64,000 nt of DNA from Fimbriimonadales bacterium (GTDB taxonomy: Bacteria > Armatimonadota > Fimbriimonadia > Fimbriimonadales > ATM1), in NCBI GenBank assembly GCA_041744215.1, contig JBGTLG010000016.1:1-64000 (forward strand), written 5' to 3'. The notes beneath the pieces were generated by a model that ran no database searches, was not told the DNA's origin, and was given only the letters and a program-made list of their open reading frames with translations. Within the stretch, counting starts at the first letter, position 1, and every line of letters begins with the position of its first letter. Made by a program: the position numbers and the translations under genes. Positions 57,891 through 64,000 of this stretch are shown here, one piece after another.

Positions 57891-58047
57891 AACTCTCCAA
57901 AATCATCTCCGGATACACTATATTCTACCGACCCAAGGGCCTATATGGTACACATTTCGGCACAATTTTGACCACTCCAGCAGACTTGACAGGTAGGAGT
58001 TCAGTTCAAATCGCCGTGGCCCCGCCCAAATGGGTACGATGGGCTTG

Positions 58048-58794
58048 GTGAATCGCCCCACGGCTGTTGCGCTGATATTGGCCGGGTTGGCCCTGAGTAC
58101 GGCGACCTTCGGCCAAGGAGACGGAGAGACGAAGCTGATCTCTCGGCCCGACGTCATGATTCGGGTACAGAAGGCCCCAGTTGGGGCGGACTACGTCACG
58201 ATTCAGATGGTGGCCGAGAACTATCCGCCGGATCTGCTTAAACAGCAGTGTGAGCGGGTCGGTGCCCTAGCCGGTAGCGGGTCGCGGGGGATTGAGATCA
58301 CCACGATCCCGACCGGGACTTCGCCGAGTGGAACCCCCTCGACGATCTTGAATGCGAGCTTCGCCACGGACGGCCTCATTGACCGGGCCACGGGCGTGCT
58401 CCGTCTGCTTCCGTTTGCAAAGGCGTTCGCTGGGAATGATGAAGCACACAGAATCGAGTGCCTCGCCATTAGTTTCATCCAGGAAGTTCCCCGCCAGGGC
58501 GTAACGATAGGCAACTTAGAAAACGACTCGGTTCGAATCGAGGGGGCGTACGATGCGAACCATAAAATCGTTGACTTCAGGGTGTATCTGTTGGTCCAAG
58601 ACCCTGAAAAGATAGAGTTTCCTGAATCGCTCCAGGCGCAAACGATTCGCGCAGTAGCCCCGTCTAATGGGGCGGCGTTGCGTTTGATTCCGTGGATCGT
58701 CGGAGGGGCCGTGCTGGCAGGCCTGCTGGTATACTTCGCCCTCCGTCCAGCCGGGAAGAAACCTCCCGCCAAACCCAATGAACGCCCGAGGTAG
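58048..58794 (+). CDS. Hypothetical exported protein with C-terminal membrane anchor
   Basis: Signal peptide, C-terminal TM (LIPWIVGGAVLAGLLVYFAL) plus basic tail; GTG start 7 nt after TACGAT. Confidence 0.75.
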   Translation: MNRPTAVALILAGLALSTATFGQGDGETKLISRPDVMIRVQKAPVGADYVTIQMVAENYPPDLLKQQCERVGALAGSGSRGIEITTIPTGTSPSGTPSTILNASFATDGLIDRATGVLRLLPFAKAFAGNDEAHRIECLAISFIQEVPRQGVTIGNLENDSVRIEGAYDANHKIVDFRVYLLVQDPEKIEFPESLQAQTIRAVAPSNGAALRLIPWIVGGAVLAGLLVYFALRPAGKKPPAKPNERPR

Positions 58795-58800
58795 AGGATC

Positions 58801-59883
58801 TTGAGCCAGAAAATCGCCAACGCGACCCTTCACGAACTTCTTGAAATTGCTTACCATGAGAAGGCTTCCGACCTGTTCATCAAGGCGGGATCCGTCCCAA
58901 AGATCAGGCAACACGCACTTGTTAAGCCCTTGCCAGGAGACTGGGAGGTCATTGATGAGGACGAAGCGCGACGGCTCGTCACGAGCACGATGACCAGCAA
59001 GCAGTTGACTTCGTTTGAGGATAACCTTGAGATGGACCTTGCGTTCCCTGTCGGGGACATGATGCGAATTCGAGCGAACCTCTATTTCCAGAGGGGGTCT
59101 ATGGCTGGCGTCTTCAGACTCATCCCAATCGAAATCCTCTCGATCGAGCAGCTCGGACTCCCACCCGTCCTCGGTGAACTCACCAAACACAGGCAAGGAC
59201 TCGTGCTCTTCACAGGACCAACTGGGTGCGGAAAAACTACATCCCTCGCCGCCGTACTCGACCTCATCAACATAAACCGAGCCTGCCACATCGTCACCAT
59301 CGAAGATCCACTCGAATTCGTCCACATGGACAAGGCAGCCTACGTCAGCCAAAGAGAAGTCCACATCGACACACTCGACTTCTTCATCGCAATGAGAGCT
59401 GTCCTAAGAGAAGCACCCGACGTCATCCTCGTCGGAGAAATGCGCGACCCAGTCACCATGAACGTCGCACTCCAAGCAGGGGAAACAGGACACCTCGTCT
59501 TCTCAACCGTACACACCCCAAGCGCAGCGGAAACTCTCGACCGTATCGTGAACATGTTCCCGCCACACGAGAAAAATCACCTCTGCATGCGACTCTCAGG
59601 ATCCCTAAGAGCAGTTATCGCCCAAAAACTCGTCCCAAGAGCCGACGCCGAAGGCCGCGTCTGTGCCACCGAAGTCATGATCTGCACACCCACCGTCAGC
59701 AAACTGATCGAAGACGGACACTTTGGCGAACTCTATCACGCAATTTCTGAAGGCCACTTCTGGGGCATGCAAACTATGAACCAAAGCCTCTTGAAGTACG
59801 TCAAGGCCGGAGTCATCACCGAAGAGACGGCGCTGCAGTATGCGGGCATCGTTTCCGAACTTAGACAACTACTTCGACGCTAG
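58801..59883 (+). CDS. pilT: PilT/PilU family retraction ATPase 1
   Basis: ASDL, GPTGCGKT, TIEDPLE, PDVILVGEMRD, ETGHLV.STVH, GMQT. Confidence 0.9.
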   Translation: MSQKIANATLHELLEIAYHEKASDLFIKAGSVPKIRQHALVKPLPGDWEVIDEDEARRLVTSTMTSKQLTSFEDNLEMDLAFPVGDMMRIRANLYFQRGSMAGVFRLIPIEILSIEQLGLPPVLGELTKHRQGLVLFTGPTGCGKTTSLAAVLDLININRACHIVTIEDPLEFVHMDKAAYVSQREVHIDTLDFFIAMRAVLREAPDVILVGEMRDPVTMNVALQAGETGHLVFSTVHTPSAAETLDRIVNMFPPHEKNHLCMRLSGSLRAVIAQKLVPRADAEGRVCATEVMICTPTVSKLIEDGHFGELYHAISEGHFWGMQTMNQSLLKYVKAGVITEETALQYAGIVSELRQLLRR

Positions 59884-59886
59884 CTG

Positions 59887-60978
59887 ATGCAACCGTCTAT
59901 TGACGAATTGCTGAGGGACCTGGTTAGTCGAGAGGCTAGCGACCTGCACATCAAGGCTGGTTTACCGCCAGTGATGCGCATTCATGGCACGTTGGTTCAA
60001 ACGAACTATCCTGCCTTAAGCAGCGAACAAACCGAAGCTCTCCTCAAGAGCATCCTTAATGAGGAGCGTTTCGCGCGGCTTGAGAGTTTCAAGGAACTAG
60101 ACCTCTCCTATCAAGTCGAGGGGCTGAGCCGCTTTCGCGTCAACATGTTTTGGACACGAGGCGAGTTAGCTGCCGTCTTCCGAGTGATCCCCTTTGAGAT
60201 AAAGACAATTGACGATCTTGGCATTCCGAAGGTAGCGAAGAGCATTGCATTACTGCCTCGCGGATTGATCCTTGTGACGGGTCCGACTGGATCCGGCAAG
60301 AGCACTACACTTGCTGCGATGGTAACGCATATCAACTCGCATCGGAAGCAGCACATAATGACGGTCGAAGACCCGATTGAGTATATGCACTCCGACAACG
60401 TCAGCGTCATCAATCAGCGAGAACTCGGGGTCGACACTCACAGCTTCGCAGATGCGCTTCGTCATGTCATGCGACAAAATCCTGACGTTATCTTGGTCGG
60501 CGAGATGCGCGACTTGGAGACGATTCAGCTGGCGATTACGGCTGCCGAAACGGGCCACCTCGTCATGTCAACCCTTCACACTGTTGACGCAGCACAGACG
60601 ATTGACCGCATCGTCGACGTTTTTCAGCCTGACCAGCAAGCGCAAATACGAACTCAACTTTCGGTCACTCTTCAAGCCGTGATCAGCCAGACATTGTTGC
60701 CCACAAAGGACGGTGCCGGTCGTGTAGCTGCGTTTGAAGTACTGGTCGCGACGCCCAGCGTCCGCACACTGATACGAGACGGGAAGACTCACCAACTCTA
60801 TCTCGACATTCAGACCGGCGCAGAGCATGGGATGCAAACGTTGGACGGACACCTTTTGAGCCTGTTGAAAGACGAGGTTATTGACTACGAGAACGCGATT
60901 GCAAAGAGCCAGGCTCCGGCAGAGTTTCAGCGACGTGCTATCAATCTTGGCTTGTTAGAGGGAGAGGCGAGTGCCTAG
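59887..60978 (+). CDS. pilT: PilT family retraction ATPase 2
   Basis: ASDLH, GPTGSGKST, EDPIE, PDVILVGEMRD, ETGHLV.STLH, GMQT. Confidence 0.93.
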   Translation: MQPSIDELLRDLVSREASDLHIKAGLPPVMRIHGTLVQTNYPALSSEQTEALLKSILNEERFARLESFKELDLSYQVEGLSRFRVNMFWTRGELAAVFRVIPFEIKTIDDLGIPKVAKSIALLPRGLILVTGPTGSGKSTTLAAMVTHINSHRKQHIMTVEDPIEYMHSDNVSVINQRELGVDTHSFADALRHVMRQNPDVILVGEMRDLETIQLAITAAETGHLVMSTLHTVDAAQTIDRIVDVFQPDQQAQIRTQLSVTLQAVISQTLLPTKDGAGRVAAFEVLVATPSVRTLIRDGKTHQLYLDIQTGAEHGMQTLDGHLLSLLKDEVIDYENAIAKSQAPAEFQRRAINLGLLEGEASA

Positions 60979-62035
60979 AATCCCTGACTTGCTGCGCCGG
61001 GTCGTTGAGCTGAACGGTTCGGACTTACATATCAAGGCGGAATCCAGACCGTATGTCCGGATTCATGGTGAACTCCAGCAACTCGAGGACGAGGAACCGT
61101 TCACAGCGGCAGCTGCACGCGAGGACATCTACAGCGTTATCAGCGAGGCTCAACGAAAGCGATTCGAGAAAGAGCTGGAGTTAGATTTCGCTTACTCGAT
61201 CGCGGACGTTGCTCGTTTTCGCGGAAACATCTACCAGCAGCGCGGCTTGGTCCAAGCGGCTTTTCGCGTGATCCCACTCTACATCCAGACTCTTGAAGAT
61301 CTCGGACTACCCAAGATCGTTCACACCTTTTGCGAACGTCCGCGAGGCCTTGTACTTATGACGGGCCCTGCCGGCAGCGGGAAATCCACAACGCAAGCGG
61401 CTTGCATCGATCACATCAACCGAAAAACTGCGTGTCACATCATTACTGTTGAAGATCCGATTGAGTTCATTCATGACGACGTTTTGGCCGTAATTCGGCA
61501 GCGAGAACTCGACGTGGATACCCTTAGTTTCGCAAACGCCCTGAAGTATGTTCTTCGCCAAGATCCAGACGTGATCCTCATCGGGGAGATGCGAGATCTT
61601 GAAACGATACAGCTTGCGATCACTGCAGCTGAGACGGGACACCTCGTTTTTGGAACGTTGCATACGGTAGACGCAGTGCAAACTGTCGATCGAATCATCG
61701 ATGTGTTTCCGATCCACCAACAGCAGCAGATTCGAATGCAGTTATCTGTAAACCTGGTGGGTGTGATATCGCAAACGCTCGTCCGACGCGCAGACGGAAA
61801 CGGCCGCATCGCCGCCTACGAAATCCTAAACGCCGTTGGCGCTGTTCGCAATCTCATCCGCGAGAACAAGACTTACCAGATCACATCTATCGTCCAGACG
61901 GGCGCGAGGATGGGAATGCAAACATTGGACCAAAGCCTCGCAAATCTTGTTCGTGCGGAACTCGTCACCCATGACGAAGCTGCCGCCAAGGCCAAGGATC
62001 GAGGAGAGTTTGAGCGGCTTGTAGACAGCAAGTAG
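60971..62035 (+). CDS. pilT: PilT family retraction ATPase 3
   Basis: GSDLH, GPAGSGKST, EDPIE, DPDVILIGEMRD, AVRNLIRE, GMQT. Confidence 0.93.
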   Translation: MPRIPDLLRRVVELNGSDLHIKAESRPYVRIHGELQQLEDEEPFTAAAAREDIYSVISEAQRKRFEKELELDFAYSIADVARFRGNIYQQRGLVQAAFRVIPLYIQTLEDLGLPKIVHTFCERPRGLVLMTGPAGSGKSTTQAACIDHINRKTACHIITVEDPIEFIHDDVLAVIRQRELDVDTLSFANALKYVLRQDPDVILIGEMRDLETIQLAITAAETGHLVFGTLHTVDAVQTVDRIIDVFPIHQQQQIRMQLSVNLVGVISQTLVRRADGNGRIAAYEILNAVGAVRNLIRENKTYQITSIVQTGARMGMQTLDQSLANLVRAELVTHDEAAAKAKDRGEFERLVDSK

Positions 62036-62037
62036 CG

Positions 62038-63237
62038 TTACTTGAGGTCCCGCAAACTGCGCCCGAACATCAGTGTGATTAACCCTGCGACAAGCACGAC
62101 CGACCCTCCCAGAACAAACGACTTCGGCAATCCTATTCTTTCGCTGATCGCCCCAAACATCAGAGCGCTAATGGGGTTGAGTCCCGCAAGCGACCACATA
62201 TGCACTGCCACCACTCTGCCACGCAACTCTGGCGGAGCGAAGTATTGCAGTGCTGTGTTCGTTCCCACCATTTGACCAATTCCGAAGGCACCAATCATCG
62301 CAAGCACGATGACCGCCTGCGTCTGTGAAGTAGCTAACGACAGCAGAATCAGGCTCGCACCAAGCCCAATCATAGACGCGATAGGGATTCGACCCTTCCA
62401 CTCCTTCTGACCTAACGAAGCCAGCGTCAAGACGCCGACTACAGCACCGATACCAGTCGCTGTGAGCAGCATCGAGTAACCGCTTTGGTTAAGTTTCAGA
62501 TTGTTTGTGGCGAAAGCTGAGATAAACGAGATGTAAAAGATTCCGAAGAGGGCTGTAGTCGCCATCATTATCACGAGCGTTCGCATTGCCGGCTCACGAG
62601 CAACATGATAGATACCTTCAAACAAGGTTTCCCTGAGGCTCGCCGAGCGATCATGCGAACTACTGAGATCCGCTTGAATCGCCAGCACCGCAAGAATGAT
62701 CGCAGCGAAAGAGATCCCGTTGATCAGGTAACACGCCCCGGCTCCGAACCATGTGAGCAAGAATCCTCCAATCGCAGGACCAACAATTCTTGCCAGATTG
62801 AAAGTCGCTGCATTGAGAGGAATTGCGTTTCCAATCTCGTCCTCAGGGACGATGTTGCTTATCATCGCTTGCCGTGTTGGAATCTCGATGACGGCGGCAA
62901 CTCCATTGACTAATGCAAGAGTCGCGATAAGGTTGAAGGTGACTTGCGCCGTAAACACCGCGGCACTAAGCACGAGCGCCGATAACGCGAACACAGAACT
63001 GCACACGACGAGAACAACACGCTTATTGCATCGATCCGCAAACCAACCTCCGAGCGGGCTCAAAAAGAACAGAGGAAGCGACCCGAGAAATGTTACAGTG
63101 CCCAGGGCTTGCTTGTTGTTCGTAAGCTCCCACACCAGCCACTGCTGACCGGTCATCTGAACCCAGGAACCAATGAAGGAGAACATCGCGCCAAACCAGA
63201 ACAGTCGGAAATCCCGGTGGCGGAGGGCACCCAGCAT
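62038..63237 (-). CDS. MFS transporter (MFS_3-like); start 63237 or TTG 63282
   Basis: ALRHRDFRLFW, GGWFADR, NLARIVGPAIGG, PELRGRV; about 12 TMs. Confidence 0.92.
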   Translation of the reverse strand: MLGALRHRDFRLFWFGAMFSFIGSWVQMTGQQWLVWELTNNKQALGTVTFLGSLPLFFLSPLGGWFADRCNKRVVLVVCSSVFALSALVLSAAVFTAQVTFNLIATLALVNGVAAVIEIPTRQAMISNIVPEDEIGNAIPLNAATFNLARIVGPAIGGFLLTWFGAGACYLINGISFAAIILAVLAIQADLSSSHDRSASLRETLFEGIYHVAREPAMRTLVIMMATTALFGIFYISFISAFATNNLKLNQSGYSMLLTATGIGAVVGVLTLASLGQKEWKGRIPIASMIGLGASLILLSLATSQTQAVIVLAMIGAFGIGQMVGTNTALQYFAPPELRGRVVAVHMWSLAGLNPISALMFGAISERIGLPKSFVLGGSVVLVAGLITLMFGRSLRDLK

Positions 63238-63324
63238 AGTGGGCAGCCGAAGTTCTTTGCGCGGGGGTGAGAGGTCTGCCAAACCCAGCCGAGTATGGCA
63301 CGGAGGCGCGGTATCATTGGGGGC

Positions 63325-63993
63325 ATGACTCGCTTCGGATTGTTTCCTGCCCCGGCACTCACCATCGCCGTTTTGTTTGCTTTCGGTTGTACGCCCCAAG
63401 AAGAGGAAAAGCCAGTGATTCAGGGCGAATTCACCTCGTCGTCTGATACTCGCGACACTGACGGGGTCGAACCACCGAAGCCACCCGCCTCATTCCCGTT
63501 TGATGAAGCAGTCAAAGCTGCTGGTGAGGAGATCGCAAATCTTCCGGTGATCGAGATGGAAATCAAAGGAAAGGGGAAGGTCACGCTCGCGATCGCTGAA
63601 AAACTCGCGCCGAAGACCGCTGGCCAGATAATGCGGCTCACGGAGGAAGGATTTTTCAGCGGGCAGGCGATTCACCGCGTAGAGGACTTTGTTGTTCAGT
63701 GGGGCGATCCCGACTCAAAAGAGTACGAGAAAAACAAGGGCAGGCTTGGCGGCGGAGGCTCCGGGTCCCCCTTACCCTTCGAAGACAACGACATAGCGCA
63801 GTATCGCGGCACGTTAGCGATGGCGCGCTCAGCTTCGGAGCCGAATGGCGACTCCCAGATTTACATTCTCAAGCAGGATGCACGGATGCTCGACCGGCAA
63901 TACGTTGCCTTCGGATTCGTCATCGATGGAATGGACGTTGTCGACAAAGCAGAGATGGGCGACAAAATCGAGATGCGGGTCATCAAGAAGTGA
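63325..63993 (+). CDS. Cyclophilin-type peptidyl-prolyl isomerase, putative lipoprotein
   Basis: AFGC lipobox-like, APKT, HRVEDFVVQWGDP, GTLAMAR, SQIYI, FGFV..GMDVV. Confidence 0.92.
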   Translation: MTRFGLFPAPALTIAVLFAFGCTPQEEEKPVIQGEFTSSSDTRDTDGVEPPKPPASFPFDEAVKAAGEEIANLPVIEMEIKGKGKVTLAIAEKLAPKTAGQIMRLTEEGFFSGQAIHRVEDFVVQWGDPDSKEYEKNKGRLGGGGSGSPLPFEDNDIAQYRGTLAMARSASEPNGDSQIYILKQDARMLDRQYVAFGFVIDGMDVVDKAEMGDKIEMRVIKK

Positions 63994-64000
63994 GGCTCAT

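Noticed and set aside
57958-57972. Sigma54-like CGGCACAATTTTGAC upstream of the pilT operon
   Set aside because: GG-N10-GC spacing is not met; a TACGAT -10 explains the downstream gene.
55900-59820. oriC or parS as the cause of the skew patches
   Set aside because: No DnaA-box cluster or parS palindrome seen by eye; not excluded without a genome-wide scan.
1-64000. CRISPR array, IS element, prophage or defence operon
   Set aside because: No regularly spaced repeats and no transposase, cas, phage or recognisable defence genes found.

Overview
Compact, gene-dense chromosomal window from a diderm (waaA, TolC, Wza-like genes present) bacterium with Terrabacteria-like gene content. An Armatimonadota/Fimbriimonadia-like origin is my inference only. 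Most of it is core or housekeeping: dapB, dxs, waaA, mtnA, queA, dgt, pcrA, aat, lspA, ileS, ppx, mtaB, hinT, mazG/yabN, ftsZ, nadK. It also holds an ECF sigma/anti-sigma pair, a TetR-TolC-MFP-RND efflux operon, a mixed-orientation polysaccharide cluster, an orphan DNA methyltransferase, tRNA-Ser(GGA) and three tandem PilT-type ATPases. The non-coding or hidden signals are the most interesting part. (1) A ~390-nt intergenic unit at 31.07-31.47 kb contains a c-di-AMP (ydaO) riboswitch followed by a terminator-like hairpin, an unrecognised multi-stem RNA and a second strong terminator, with no convincing protein gene inside. (2) Sharply bounded patches at ~55.9-57.9 and ~59.1-59.8 kb are strongly A+C-rich on the + strand regardless of gene orientation, and appear to have changed protein sequence. 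(3) A tRNA-Lys 3' half with arm-type repeats at the left edge marks the probable end of an integrated element. (4) Many genes have a TANNNT -10 box 5-7 nt before the start codon (leaderless-type), and two genes have conserved-looking N-termini lacking a canonical start. All calls come from reading the sequence and motif recognition; no searches were run.
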